DNA of 64,000 bases from Callorhinchus milii (lineage: Eukaryota): assembly GCF_018977255.1 (NCBI RefSeq), contig NW_024704743.1, positions 103,604,001 to 103,668,000 on the forward strand, written 5' to 3'. The notes beneath the pieces are model-generated. The model was given only the letters and a program-made list of their open reading frames with translations. It did no database searches and was not told where the DNA came from. Numbering within the stretch: the first letter of the stretch is position 1; every line of letters starts with the position of its first letter. Made by a program: the position numbers and the translations under genes. This document shows positions 38,725 to 52,030 of this stretch, piece by piece.

Positions 38725-39690
38725 TCTGTGGCAGGGCAAACTAACACCCATCTCAAACTTGCCCTTCCTCTTGAGAGGCCTGAAACACGTTGCTGTCACC
38801 CAACTTCACTCACATGTTTCACTCCACTCCCTAATCGAGTCCCTCCAGTCTGGTTTCTTCCCTTCTGACAGCACTGAGACAGCCTTCATCCGCCACATAT
38901 GACAATCTCTCTCTGTGTGGCCAGGTCTCCCTCTGCCTCCCTGTCCTTCTGGATCTCTCCACTGCCTTTAGAACAGTTGACCATGCCATACTCCTTGACT
39001 ATCTTTCCTCCCTCATCCATCTCAATGGGACCACACTCTCGTGTTCAAGTCCTACTTGGCCCACCACCATTATTTTATCTCCTCCAAAGGTTTCTCCTCC
39101 CACTTGGCCTGGTCACCTGTGATGTACCCCAAGGCTTTATCCTCGGCCCACTTCACTCTCTCATTTACATGCTCATTCTTAATGATAGATGACACCCAAA
39201 TCTATGTTTCCGCCACTAGTCGATATTCTGTTCACTTGCTTGGCAGATATCAAGGTCTGGATGAGTGCCTGAACCTGGACAAGATGGAAGCCATCCTCTT
39301 TGGTTTCTGTCGATGTCTTCTCATCTGCTGCTCCAACCTCCTTAATCGCCCTATTAAGTCTCAGACTCACCAAACTTGCGCACAACATTCCGGTTTAATC
39401 CACAGCTGTCCTTCCTACGCCAGATGGGATACCTAACCACTTATTTTTCTCCACCTCTGTCACAGCACCCTTCCTTCACCACCCCACCCCCACCACCCCC
39501 AACCATACCTCACACCTAGTACTGCTGAAACCTCATCCATGTTTTCAACAGCTCTTGCCTTGATTTCTACAATGCCCTCCTCACTGGTCTCTCCCTCCTT
39601 CCCCCCCACAGCCCACCATTCACAAAATCCAGCTAATTCAAGACTCCCTCCCTGTGTAAAAGGCACTATTGTGTAAATGTAAATTGTTGC
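38725..39690 (+). mobile_element. Degenerate L2 LINE (RT region to 3' tail)
   Basis: PISNLPFL, LIESLQSGF..STETA, VPQGFILGPL, DDTQIY, LNLDKMEAILFG across frames. Confidence 0.9.
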
Positions 39691-39827
39691 ATTTGTTCAT
39701 ATATTATATTTCTTTTCAATGTTAAGCTCAAACCTATGAGGCTTCAGTAGTGTTCCTCCTTATCACACTGGAATATCCTCAGTCACACTTCCATAGTCAG
39801 CTGTATGCTATCTTCAGGGAATACTGG

Positions 39828-39844
39828 GGCACCATCTGGTGGCA
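39828..39844 (-). promoter_or_regulatory. CTCF-like motif
   Basis: Minus strand GCCACCAGATGGTGC; one mismatch (T for C) to the core CCASYAGRKGGCR. Confidence 0.35.
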
Positions 39845-40399
39845 TGGTGGCTGATGTACTGCTCCATCTTCAGTGGTGGGTATTTCTAATGAGGATTCAC
39901 CTCCCCACCCCCAAAGTTCCTCAGATATTGATGCCAAATCTGTAATCTTTGTAGCTGCAGTTTTATTGAAAGCAGATATGCACTGTTTATCAACCTCAGG
40001 TTTAAAGTGTTTACGCTCTTTTCAAATGCAACGCTCCATAATTATTTTTGTAGGAATTCACTGCTTCAAAACTGATCACGGAACTCAAGGGCTTACTTTT
40101 GATATTGGAATATTTTCAGGATAAAAATTGTGGAGCAGGCACAGCTTCATTAAATTCAAATCAGTTTGCCATCTGCATTGTGTTTTATTGACCTTGTATC
40201 TTGTTTGGAATTAAAGGTTTTTTTTTGTGTGTACTGGGAACATCCTCACATTTCAATGCAGGTTTGTTCATGAGCCCCAACATAGCACTGAAATGCTTTT
40301 ATCGAAGAGCTCGTGGAATCTTAGAGATTTGTCTGCAGGTTTTTTTTCCAGCAGTTTTGCAGTGTCAACACTTTTTGAGCTCCATAAGATGAATGTCAG

Positions 40400-40842
40400 A
40401 GCCTAGTATAGATTCCCTGGGAAGATACCTGGAATGAGAGGATAATGATTATGAGGAAAGGCTTAAATATGAAGGCTTTATTCACTGGAGGAGACAAGAT
40501 TAAGAGGGGAAATCTAAGAGAGATTTTAAAAAATTATGACATGCGTATCAGAGGATAAATAGTGACAGATCATTTTCACTGATTGATGAATTGATAACTT
40601 TAACCGAGCAGTTTTTTGAAGAATTTTTTGTACTGAGGTTCATTCTGATGGCCAACTTGCTAGCACAAGTGGCTGCTGAAGCTTGGAAATTACATTTAAA
40701 AGGGAAATTAGATCAACTCTTAAAGAACAAAAATCTAAGGGGATGAGGAAAGAGTAGGGATTATAGATTCAATGGGGAGCGAGCATCCACTCAACAACTA
40801 GGCTGAATAACCTCCTGTGCTGAAATATTTTATGATTCTATA
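40400..40842 (+). mobile_element. Old CR1 3' fragment
   Basis: ttcactggagagacaagattaagaggggaaatc, tttaaaagggaaattagat, cctcctgtgctgaaatattttatgattctat tail. Confidence 0.7.
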
Positions 40843-41374
40843 TTATAAATGTCAGCCTGGCTCAGCCGGTAGTGCTCTTCCCTCTGAGTCATAAGGTTGT
40901 ACATTGGGAATTTGAACTCACATCGTCCAATTGGCAGCTCGTGGGCGCCCTCCCCTCCCCGACCTCCATCTCATCTGGCACACCCACTCCTTCCATTACC
41001 CGTAAATGTTATGTTACGTTTCTAAAAAGGAAACACAAAAATATTGCTTATGCAATGTTTCCCAAATAGGGCATCCGACTTTCAGCAGCTAAAGCAATGG
41101 ACCACCCTGGTAGGCTGAAACTCCAATACATTGCTGGGGATGGGCTACATTGTTTGAGATGCTGTTGATACTGAACTAAACAATTTGCCAACTTCTAAAC
41201 CCTTTGAAATGCTATGTAAACAGTGTAAATCTACACTTGTGAGGAATTTCTACCCACATCCACAGCTGATTTAAATTTCTTCTCAGAGAAATTGGTGGGT
41301 ACAATTCTTTTGTTCAATAACTTATGGAACCAATTACCAAGGGAGGGCTGTTGAGTTCAATACTGTATTATAAA

Positions 41375-41530
41375 ATACAATACAAATTGACGTTTATATA
41401 GCACCTTTCACAGTTGAGAGGACTTCCCAAAGTGCTTAATAGAACTGGCTGTGCATCCTAGATGAGGAGGAAAGCTGAGGGAAGGCAGAGGAAAGATGAC
41501 TAAAAGTGTGGTCAAAGAGATGGAATTGAA
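41375..41530 (-). mobile_element. L2 3' tail
   Basis: tttatatagcacctttcaca..gtgtggtcaaagaga. Confidence 0.6.
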
Positions 41531-44284
41531 TAAGGTGAGAGAATGAGGTGAGAACAATTGTATTGAAATAAATTATATTTTAGTCTCTAGGCATTAGTTG
41601 TCCTATCAATTTCTCTATTATCACATTTCAAAAATGGATTTAATTGACAAATTAATTCCATATATTCTTATTAACAATGAAAATACACTGAACTAATTCT
41701 GACTCAATACAAGGGTCTATCCTTGTTTTTTAATATATCGCCAGCGTAGCATTAAAAATGAACACAACAGTATTTTTAATTTGCTGTCTTGTTGATGATG
41801 TATCTTTTAGTATGGAACAGCATCTGCCACCTGTCTTAGAGCTTAAGGTTTGTGTTAAGTTGGCCCAAATCTTGAAATTGCGTAACAAGTAAAGACCATA
41901 GATGATTTTGCACCCCGTTGCATTAAACAGATCTATCTGCAAAGAGTAAATAGGTTGAAAGCAGGCATCACTCTCCGCTAATTGTATAACCATCCTACTG
42001 AAGCTGAAATCCATAATGAGTATGTTTGTCTTAATACAATAGAAATAGAGAATGGGCAAATTTATGAATTGAAGTGACTGCATTTTCAGGTACCAACACA
42101 ACAACAATTTAGGTAATGTAGTTTTGCTTGTGAAAGCACAGGGGCAAGTCAGCACAGTGAATGGGGAAAGAGAGTCAATGAATCAGAAGGTTAAGGAGAT
42201 ACGGAAGACGTCAGCCTGGCTCAGTTGGTTGCACTATCGCCGCTGAGTCAGAAATATGTGAGTTCAAGCTCACGCCAGGATTTTAAACTTATAGTGGGGG
42301 CTATCGAGAAGGAATTCGGGAGACTTCATCATTATAGGATTCCAAACCTTGAGTCAGCCGATAGATTGTTCTGTAGTGTTTACTGCGCAGTACATAAATT
42401 TCAGATGTCCATAGGTTAAATGAGTCACATAAAGAACTTGGATAATGTGCATTAGGTTTTATTACAGGCAGCAATTATCTGCATATTGATGGAATGGAAT
42501 CTTTTCCTGATATAAAAAAAAGCAATAATGTTTTTGGCTTTATGGGTGCAGTACATCGCTTAATGTACTCTCAGAAACTAGGTACTTGTCCAAGTCACTC
42601 TAGTTGTTGTTGTCAGGTTTTATCAAATAAAATAAATGTCAATGTTCAATGGAACAAATGATGAATTGCTTATTAGTAATAATATGGTAACAATGAAGGC
42701 CAGTATCTGGGACACAGCTGTTCTTGTGGTTCCTTGACAGCTCTCCATCATTTAAACATTCAGGTGATGGTGATTATGTTAGGCACTGGAATTATAAGGA
42801 GGGAATATGGCTACCCTGTTAACCTATAACAAGGTACACAATTCAGTCACAGTTTATGGAGACAGACACAGTCCCCAGAGGCAGTAGAATTCCTTATCAT
42901 TCTCAGGCATGATACATAATTACAATAGACCTTGTGAATGGGGTACAACAATTTACATTTATACAGCACTTTTCAAATCAAAATATCTCAAAGCTCTTCA
43001 CACGACTGACCAAGAACTTGAACTTGATGGTGGGGGTGGAGGGGGAGCTAAGGAGGAGTGGGGGTGAGGTGGGGAGGTGACTGAAAGACAGCTATAGAAG
43101 GCCCAAAAGCAAAATAATCTTTGTATTTATATACGGCATCTGGAGTAGATCTCAAAGCACTTCATAAATTTACTGTGAAATGTAGTGACTGTGAATTTGT
43201 ATATAACTGTGTACATCTAGTTGAACACAGTAGTCAATTTACACACAGCAATGTTCCATAGATGGCCATGAAATGATTGACCATTTTTATCTGGTCATTG
43301 TTGCCCAGAAATCCCCTTCTTGCTAGCTGCTTGAAAGTAACTGAATAAAATAAATATAAATTTATAAAAAAAGGAATATGAATATTATAGTGAAGTTAGC
43401 TTGACCTCCCTATCGGTTTCCCACTTGTCCACTAGGCAGTACCAATGATGCATTCAGACTGAAGAAGCAGCCAGACTGTCAGAGATACTGCAAGAAAATT
43501 CAATGACTTAAAAAAAACTGTCATAAATATACAAAGGAAATACAAAGAGGCTGATTTCATTCAATTACAAATGTCATCATCAATTTGAATTCCAAGATAT
43601 CTAAAATGAGCCTGCAGTTTAAAAAAAACTTGCATGTGTTTGGTGCGGTTGCTGACTAGAGGATTTCTTTTCAGATGCAGAATTCCTTTTGCTGCTCTGT
43701 GCAAAACGCGCAGGGTGCAAATGTACTGCAGCATTTGCAAATGCCTTTCGTGTTTCGAACAGTTAAATACAATCCCAACTGCTGACTATAATTTACCTGA
43801 GTTAAAAAAAAAAGTTCTTTCTTTGTTTCTTTGTCCCTGTGCTTCCTGTGGTGTTGCTAGGTTTGTTGTGCAAGACAAAAAGACTTCTAGCGGGGAATCC
43901 AGTTTTATTGGCTGTTATAACTGTTGCTGAGTCAGATGAAGTCAAACTACCTCTTTATTTGAATCATGTGTGCTGACAGCTCACGGTCACATTACCATGA
44001 ACCATAAAAAATAATCCTAGTTTTCTCACAGACACATCCCTTCCACCCCCTCCTTCTCCAAAAATGGTATATGGAATCTTATTCATGCAGAGCACTGACA
44101 TTTAAATGAGACAAAATAACGCAATTACTGTTTCATTCTGACATTGCAAATTAAACACGGTCATGCAAGCAAAGATTTAAGGATCTGCGATTTGATTTCT
44201 GTCAAGGTTTCTTCTGTCCACCCAATAAGGACCATTGTAAAAGTTATTTAGATTCTCGTTGGATCACATGAACATTTGCAGTGT

Positions 44285-44505
44285 AATAAAAACAGAGAGA
44301 GCTGCGGAAATTTACCATCTATGGAGAAAGGAAAGTGGGTCAACGTTTCGGGTCCACGACTCTTCGACCCTTGCATTCTGACGAAGGGTCGTGGACCCGA
44401 AACATTGACTCACTTTCCTTTCTCCATAGATGCCGCCTAACCTGCTGAGTTTTCCCAGCTCTCTCTGCTTTGGTTTCAGATTTCCAGCATCTGCAGTATT
44501 TTGTA
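44285..44505 (+). mobile_element. Penelope-like element terminal-repeat remnant in inverted arrangement
   Basis: 51-bp arms 44316-44366 and 44382-44432; downstream cctgctgagttttcccagc..tcagatttccagcatctgcag; CTGACGA..GAAAC motif. Confidence 0.6.
44378..44410 (+). ncRNA. Putative minimal hammerhead ribozyme core
   Basis: CTGACGA-A-GGGTC-gtg-GACCC-GAAAC: both conserved core boxes flanking a 5-bp helix II. Confidence 0.5.
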
Positions 44506-45567
44506 TTTCGTTAACATTTATAGTGTGTTTTTTATGGTGCCCATCCCTTTTCTGGTTACTGCGTTCATTATCACAGTGTTTGCAACTACAGAATTTTTGA
44601 ATTAATTTCATCGTATAAATATTCCCGAATGCATTTTTTCTTCAGCATATTTTCCTGGATTCAAGACAGAATAATGCAATTTAATGGTACAGTTACACTG
44701 CTAGGAATGAAGCAGCTTTGTTTCGGGTAGTGATGTGGACTACTTACACTGCTCACTCCACATTGCTTTCAGTCAGGCTGGAAAACAAACATACAGTTTT
44801 AACATTCAGTACATTGCACTCCTTGCTTCATTAATAACCTTAAAAGTGTTCCATTCAGCATTTCTGGGCTTTGAATGGGGCTCAGGGGAGTGAGTGCATT
44901 CTATTTGCCTTAATTAATCCTTCTAATCTGATTTATTCCCAGTGAATCTTCCCCATGATCTTCCCAGGTGGTATTTGGAAGCTCTCAGTGACTGAAAAAT
45001 TAAAGGACAGATATCACCTTCAGAGCCCATGGTAGTGCAATGGATAAGGTTCACTGGACATTATTTGCCTTCAAGTGGCATATATGTTAAATCTAACTCA
45101 CCTATGCATTGCTTTTTGATTATTAAAAGTACTGAGTTTGAAGACACTTGGTGACATTTTTTTTTCTAGCTTCATTGGATCACCAGAGAACCAGAGAATC
45201 CCACTTGCTTGTAACATCATCACTGGTGGCACAGGCATACCTGACCCCACAGAGCCAGCTTGGCTAATTTAGTAGTGCTCCTGTCTCTGAGTCAGTAATG
45301 AGTCTTTGAATATAAATTGAGTCTGGAAGAGAATCTTATTCTCTGCCAGATTCACTTTTAATCTCTTCCAGACTCTTCCAGTGCTTGAAGACATTAACCT
45401 GCTTGAAAGGCGCTACATAAATGCAAGTTGTCGTTCTTTGTGTCGTCCGTGTGATTTTCAAAATCACTGGTCTCAACAAAGCAGAAGCCAATCAGAGAGC
45501 GTGCATTCCATTTCAAGCCGCAGGAATTTCATGTGTAAGTGGCATATGTGGAACCCAGTAAGGTTTT

Positions 45568-45620
45568 GATACTTTTAAGCATGGTTTCCGCATGTGTCAA
45601 ACACCCGGCTGACCAATAAA
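45568..45620 (+). repeat. Unclassified poly(A)-ended repeat, 3' terminus
   Basis: gatacttttaagcatggtttccgcatgtgtcaaacacccggctgaccaataaa. Confidence 0.6.
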
Positions 45621-45909
45621 GGTGTCAGAATACTAAGTTACTTGAATGAGCCAATTGACTGTAATAATGGTGGTAGATCTACTAATCCAGCTGTACAGTG
45701 GAGTATTTGTGGATCATAAACAAGGAAGTAGAACAGTCCCAATGGCCAGTAGACATATGTATGTGTTTGTGTGATTGGATACAGATGCACATGTGGGTAG
45801 CTGGAGAAAATTATAATATATGGGGTAAACAGGAGCATGTAATATTAGGTATTACTGATTTTAGTGATAATCACTGACTGCTTTTGCCTGCATTTTTGAT
45901 CGTTAATTA

Positions 45910-46515
45910 TTTTTTGCCAGATGGGTGCCAGCCAGGTTTAAGCGAAAGAGTATGCAAACCAAACTGAGAGTTCCGCATTTGTTTGTCAGCTACAGGAAAT
46001 TTCCCTTTCTTTGGAATGGAATGTTTATTCTGTTCCTGGAGCAAGCTTTCCCACCATTAGGGCTTGACTTGCAGGTTAATGGGAGCTGAGTGGAAAGTAT
46101 TCCTGTTCTCAGTGATCAGTCTGCTTATCCCCCAGTGCCTTCGCCTTGCATCCTCCCTTTGCTCCTTCAAGGCCGATCTCAAGACCTTTCTCTTTGACCG
46201 TGCCTTCAGCTCCCCTCTCGACTCTCTACCCCCTCCTCGCTCCCTCCCTTCCCTCCCCTCACCATTTCCCCCCTGCTCGGGTCCTGACCCAACTGTACAG
46301 CGCCTTGGGACGTCCTCCCGACATGAAAGGCGCTCTATAAATGGAATCTTGTTGTTGTTGCCTCTCCAAGATTTTGCTGATGATCTTGGTTGGCTGGTCT
46401 GTCAGCGGCAGTGCCGTGGAGTGCCCACGTGGATCAGAAACTGGAATACCAAGACCGCTACAGAGGGTTGATTTGATTCCAAGGAAACCCAGCTTACCCT
46501 CTGCCACTCCCCAAA
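45910..46515 (-). repeat. Unclassified repeat copy interrupted by a young L2 tail (+ strand, about 46125-46360)
   Basis: 46055-46120 matches 15354-15423; 46376-46510 matches 15439-15620. Confidence 0.65.
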
Positions 46516-46659
46516 GGGTAGACACTATGAAATAATTATTACCTGTATTAATATCATATCAATGTGTACCTGGCTTTGCATGTTATGTGTACACTGAACA
46601 AATAAAGAAATATGTGTTGTGATTCATCATTGCATTTCTTTCATTATTCATAGTCTTAA

Positions 46660-46808
46660 TAGATATACACAGAGGGAGAGAGGATAGAAGGGTATGGGAA
46701 GGAATAAGAAGTTTGTGGAAAAAGGAGTACATGTGGAGTACAAATACTGGCAAAGATTAGTTTGGCCGAATGGCTGAATGCTGAAAATTCTATGCAAGAT
46801 TATGTAAT
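46660..46808 (+). mobile_element. CR1 3' UTR
   Basis: ggatagaagggtatggg..gttt ggccgaatggc..tgctgaaaattctatg. Confidence 0.65.
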
Positions 46809-48016
46809 AGCAGGCAGATAAAAGAGTCGGTAGTGCCTCAAAGTGTACCAGGCAGAGATAGACACAGCTGTGACATATTATGTGATGCCAGCTGATATTT
46901 TCTGAAATTTGATTGAGCAACAATAATGGATCACTACATGTCATAAAGTTGATGCCATTTCTTTGTAAAAACTGATGTAAAGTGTTGCATGGTGGCAATA
47001 CTAGTTGGTAAAGATTAACATTATCTGTGATTAATATAATTCAAGGTGAAGTGCATACGGAATACCTTACTTCTAAAAGTGTTCTGGCCTCGATTAATCA
47101 CAAATGAGGTAACTTCTAAATGATTATTGCTCACAAGGCAATGATGATAATATTACACCAGAGTTAAATGGCATTCAATTCTCAAATACAATGACATTAA
47201 CCTTGACATTTATGATCCATCTCATGGTTTTGGAGGTCCAGGATGCATTCAGATTGCTGCACCTCTGTAAGACTGATGGCATGAGCTTGCACATTTTAAA
47301 CTGCGTTGCTTAGGGTGATACAATTTCACGATATTAAAAATAAATCTGTCAGTAATTCCTACTTTTCACCTCTTTTTAAAAATGTCAGCAGTGATTTCCC
47401 ATATTTGTCTTATGTGTTTAGGCCAAAGACATTATCCTACATATAAAGATTATATGGAATTTGGAAATTTTGTAAATCATTTTTAAATTCAGGTCTTACT
47501 TTGTAGGTGATTTACCACAGTGCAGTAAACACACTGAAAAATCAGCTTCTAAATTAAAACTAATATAAGACTATTTTCCAAAATTCCACATAATCTTAAA
47601 TTTTAAGGCAATGATCTTAAGCCTAAGTAATTTCAGCCCCACCCCCATCCTCCCAGATATTTTTCAGGGGAAATGCTTTACATGTCTGTTTCAAGAGCGT
47701 GTTGTAGCATGTCCTCTTGTCTCTTTAATTATTTAAAATCAATTAGCCTGTCTGTGTCTATATGTCTAACATAATTCAAAACACTGCATTCATTATAATG
47801 TGCAAGGAAAATACATTACAGTTCAGGAAACCTGTGGTTGGTTGGCACCATGTGTTGCATATGATCATTTCACCTCTGGGATTTGGGTTCAATTCACGCT
47901 GATAGTGATTTAAAATCGGTTCCAGCATTAAAGTGATCTGGAGCAGTGAGTATCTTCTATATATGATTGGGGAGAGCCCTACATTCATCGAACCGGCTGG
48001 TTAGCTTTTAAGGTTA

Positions 48017-48240
48017 GCCTTCAGCTCCCCTCTCGACTCTCTTCCCCCTCCTCGCTCCCTCCCTTCCCTCCCCTCACCCTGACCATTTCCCCCCTCCTCG
48101 CTCCCTCCCTTCCCTCCCCTCACCCTGACCATTTCCCCCCTGCTCGGGTCATGACCCAACTGTGCAGCACCTTGGGACGTCCTCCTGACGTGAAAGGCGC
48201 TTTATAAATGGAATCTTGTTGTTGTTGTTGTTGTTGTTGT
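48017..48240 (+). mobile_element. Young L2 3' tail with an internal ~47-bp tandem duplication and (GTT)n
   Basis: Nearly identical to 46202-46360; cccctcctcgctccctcccttccctcccctcaccctgaccatttcc occurs twice. Confidence 0.85.
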
Positions 48241-48529
48241 AATGTTATTCAAGTATGCCTGAAAAATATCACCAAATCACCAAATCTTTAAAAACATCAG
48301 AAATGGGCCCACATACATTACCTCCCACCTCAAATATTTAACTGGTCGATATTTTAGCATAGTCTGAATCGATTCACGAAATATCTATTTGTGCTACCAA
48401 TATTAATATTTCTTAATCCTTGCATTTGCTACAGAACTTTACCACATTGTTACCAATTATAACACCCCATGGTCTCAGTTTTGAAAGAAAATACTTTTTC
48501 TAAACTCACAGATGTGGAGTTTAAATCAC

Positions 48530-48790
48530 AGTTGAGAGTTGAACAGGACACCAAGGTTCCTCACTGGCTCCATGAGGTGGAGTGTGTATCCATGTAGATT
48601 AACGCTGTCAGTGCCTGAGTGAGGAGCCAAGCAGGAAAACCTTGACTGTCTTGTTGACATTCAAATTAAGAAAGTTAGCTCTCATCAAGGACTTCATATC
48701 TGACAAGCAATCAGTCACAATAGCAGTGATCCTTGAGGCAGAGAGAGAGAGTGGCGGGTGTCATCTGTATACATGTGAAATATAGTGACT
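48530..48790 (-). mobile_element. L2 internal RT fragment
   Basis: Reverse complement tttcacatgtatacagatgacacc (FHMYTDDT), ..NFLNLNVNKT, aaccttggtgtcctgttc (NLGVLF). Confidence 0.7.
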
Positions 48791-49494
48791 GCGTATTTGC
48801 ATGCGCCATGATATTGGCTGTTGTGAGAAAGTTAAAATCTTGTCTGCTACAGTGGGGATACTTCACAGATTTTCGCTTGAAACACATTGTGGCAACACCA
48901 AGAATACACAGTGCAAGTTTACTCTGTTTCTAATTGTGTTTCATCTGACTCAGACATATTTCAGAAATCTGAAGATAATTGATGTTGTTTCCACCTTCAG
49001 AGTGTGTTTGGAACATAGAACGTTTTGCTCTAAGTGGCCACTGAAGCTAAGACCAGAAAGTTTCAAGCGACTTTGATACATATTTGAAGATATAAAAGGG
49101 CAAGGGGAAAAAAATAGGGAATTTGAATTTGAGTGGCTAATCTGGTGGAGGAGCTGGCATCAGTTTAAGCCTGTTGAGCCAAAAAACCTCCTACACTATC
49201 ATTCCTATTGCATAATTCCACCTCAGCCTCTGTGTTGGTTCCAGCAACAATGATGCATATTGTGGGTAGCAGTGTTGTAAATTGCATGGAGTGAAGCTGG
49301 AGGTATCTGTTGCCTGCAGTGTATCATGCAATTTCAGAAAAACATTCCCAATGCTAATAGTGAGGCTTGTGGAACAAACAGCAAAAGTCCAACACTCAGA
49401 CTTACCCAGGTTACTGCTCTTTGAAATAAATGTTTTCTGACTAATGGTGCATTACGCTTTGAAGGCCACAACAAATGATCGAGTTGAGCTGGTA

Positions 49495-49700
49495 TTATAA
49501 TGATATTCCTTGCATTTGGAATTATTACACCGGGAAAAGCGATCCGCCAACTGACTAACAAACAGATTTCTACTTACTGCTAGGTAAACAGAGGCATGTG
49601 GAGTAAGGTAACTTGCCCAACATTTCGCCCTGCCGGGAACCTAACCCAAGTGTCTCGGTTGTGAGGCGAGTGCTCTAATCACTGAGCTACAGAACTCCAC
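49495..49700 (-). mobile_element. Young SINE, long variant, internally deleted
   Basis: tacttactgctaggtaaacagaggc..cactgagctacagaactccac. Confidence 0.85.
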
Positions 49701-49744
49701 GCATTCTGCGAAGCAGCATTGAAGCTCCATTCTCGATGATCAGA

Positions 49745-50297
49745 ATTGTTTTGGTTTGGTCAGCCTTGAATACCCTGTTAGGCCCACCTACCTGTTAGAG
49801 CTTAGGAGTATAGCTGGGTTTCTGACATATGCAGAAACCCATCACCATGCTTAAGAGTATCCAAACCAAGCTGACAATTGTAATGCTTTGGCTTGCAGTG
49901 TTAACAGAAGCTGAGTGGGATGATTACCTGCTCCCAATGAATGGTCTGCCCTTCCAGGTCCTCCCAATGAGCCAGGCTGGCTGTTCTGTCATCAGCAATG
50001 CCCTGATTTACTGCGGACCAGCCTAGCTCAGGAAATAGACTACCAAGACCATCACAGAGGGCTGACTCAATTCTGGCATTCCATTGCCAGACATGTCACC
50101 TTGGAGCCAGGTCAGCTCCAAGGAGAACCCGCTTACCTCCTCCCCAAGCAGTATAGTCACTGGTTGATCATTCGACATCTGACAAGCATGGGTTTTAGCC
50201 CTCAATAGGTGGATGGTAGTTACCAGAAACTCCCTGCAAACTTTTCTGCGGGCCACGCAGCTCAGAACGAAATGGTAAGAGCATTGCCACCATCTTC
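49745..50297 (-). repeat. Unclassified repeat copy with intact 5' end
   Basis: Colinear with 15360-15775 and stops at the same catcttc boundary. Confidence 0.75.
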
Positions 50298-50763
50298 AAA
50301 CATTTATGTAATGGTGGGAGTGTAAACAGACACGACCATAAAATGTGAAACAAAAATGGTTTTATATATGGGGTATTGCAAACAAAAGCAGGTAAGTATT
50401 GTTAACTGTATAAAAGATGGGTTGCAGGTAGAGGAATGTATCCAGTTCTAGGCACCTCATTCTAGAAAGGACAGCCTGACAAGGAGACAATACAGTGGAG
50501 ATTTCACTGGATGATGCCAGGTGTGAGAGTTTATAAATATGTAAAGTGACTGGAAAAGTTTCACTATTTGTTGGAGGGTTACAAGGGGTGGTGTGGAACA
50601 ATAACACAATTCACACTGCGTTCTTTATCTCACCTGCAATAATGGCGGTGATCCTGGGCATATGTCAAGGATTTAGGAACATAGGAACAATAGTAGGCTG
50701 CCAAGTCTTATCCAGAGGGAAAGGGGAAATAAAGAAGGGAAAAAACATCTGTTTCTACTCTTG

Positions 50764-50781
50764 TGTGCCATCTAGTGGACA
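50764..50781 (-). promoter_or_regulatory. CTCF motif
   Basis: Minus strand GTCCACTAGATGGCAC fits the core CCASYAGRKGGCR without mismatch. Confidence 0.5.
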
Positions 50782-51651
50782 TATACAAGAGCATCAGCAG
50801 AGGCTTGAGAGCAGATAGAGTGTTTGCGCTCCACATTATGGTAATGGTGACCCACGAGGACCTGAAGAGAAGAGGAGAAAAATATATTAAAAAGATTTAA
50901 GGTAATCATTGAAATAAAATTACAGTTATCTATAATGTATAATTATGCATTTTATTTCAGTGGTTACAATAAATGGTATGATGGTGTCATTCCATCTTAA
51001 ACCCTTTTTGAGTAAATGATAATAGATGTTATCACTTTTTCCTTGTCTGGTGCATATGGTCCACATACACTAGAAAGACAAACTTTGCATCTTGCGACAT
51101 TGTTTGATAGCAATGAGGCTGAAAAAGCAAAACAACAGTATAAAAAGGGTTTTCTCCTGCTGGAAAAAGAGCCTGAGGAAAAACTATTGGACCAGACACT
51201 TGGAAAATTCTCAGTTCTTCAAAATGGTGCCATGGGATTATTAATGTCCACCAGAGCAGACAGACTGAACTTCAATTTAACCCCTTATGAAGAAACGGCA
51301 TATCCAACAATAAAGTCCTGCACTGAAGTCTCAGCCTAGATTTTAACTCAAATGTCAGTCATATGAAATTCCTGTCAATCAAATAAAATTCATGATTATT
51401 TATCAGACTCAGTAACACTAAACCACACAAACCACACTCAGCCCAATCCCTTCTGAGTATGCTGGTGAGGGAAAAAAACATCAGCATATCATCTGCTAGT
51501 AGTAAAATGAGCAAATAAGATAAATATAAATAAATAAGATAAAATAAGATCTTGGAAGGTGGGATGTCCTTCCGACGTGAAAGGCGCTATACAAATGTAA
51601 TCTTGTTATTGTTGTTGTAACTAAAGGAACATAGCAGTACTGAATTCAGGA

Positions 51652-52030
51652 TTTAGCCTGGCTCAGTTCATTGCGCTCTCCTGAGTCAGAAGGTTGTAGG
51701 TTTAAGCCCCATATCACATTTGAATGCACAATCCAGGATGACATACCAGTGCAATGGTGGGGAAGTATTGTATAGTCAGAGGTTTTCTTCAGATGAAATT
51801 TTAATTCAAGGTCTCAACTACCTGTTTGAGTGGACGTCAAATAACCTGTGGTACTATTCGAAAAGGAAAAGAGAGAGTTTCCTGGTGGTTTCCTTTGGAT
51901 AAAATTAATCGTTCAGTTCATGGCTGTTTGTAGAATATTTCTGTGCACAAACTGGCTGCTACATATGCCTACAAAGTAGTCATTACACCATTCAGTAAAT
52001 CTTGTGAAGTGCATTGAGGCGTCCTCCAAA
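51652..52030 (+). mobile_element. Near full-length old Deu-type SINE
   Basis: agcctggctcagtt..ctgagtcagaaggttgtaggtttaagcccc head, gtggacgtcaaa..ctattcgaa core. Confidence 0.75.

Noticed and set aside
41730..42155. 141-aa minus-strand ORF
   Set aside because: No motif recognised; composition typical of chance AT-rich frames
44751..44780. Minus-strand micro-exon candidate (ttttccag .. gtaagt)
   Set aside because: The 30-nt segment has stops in all three frames; an alternative 21-nt version has no support
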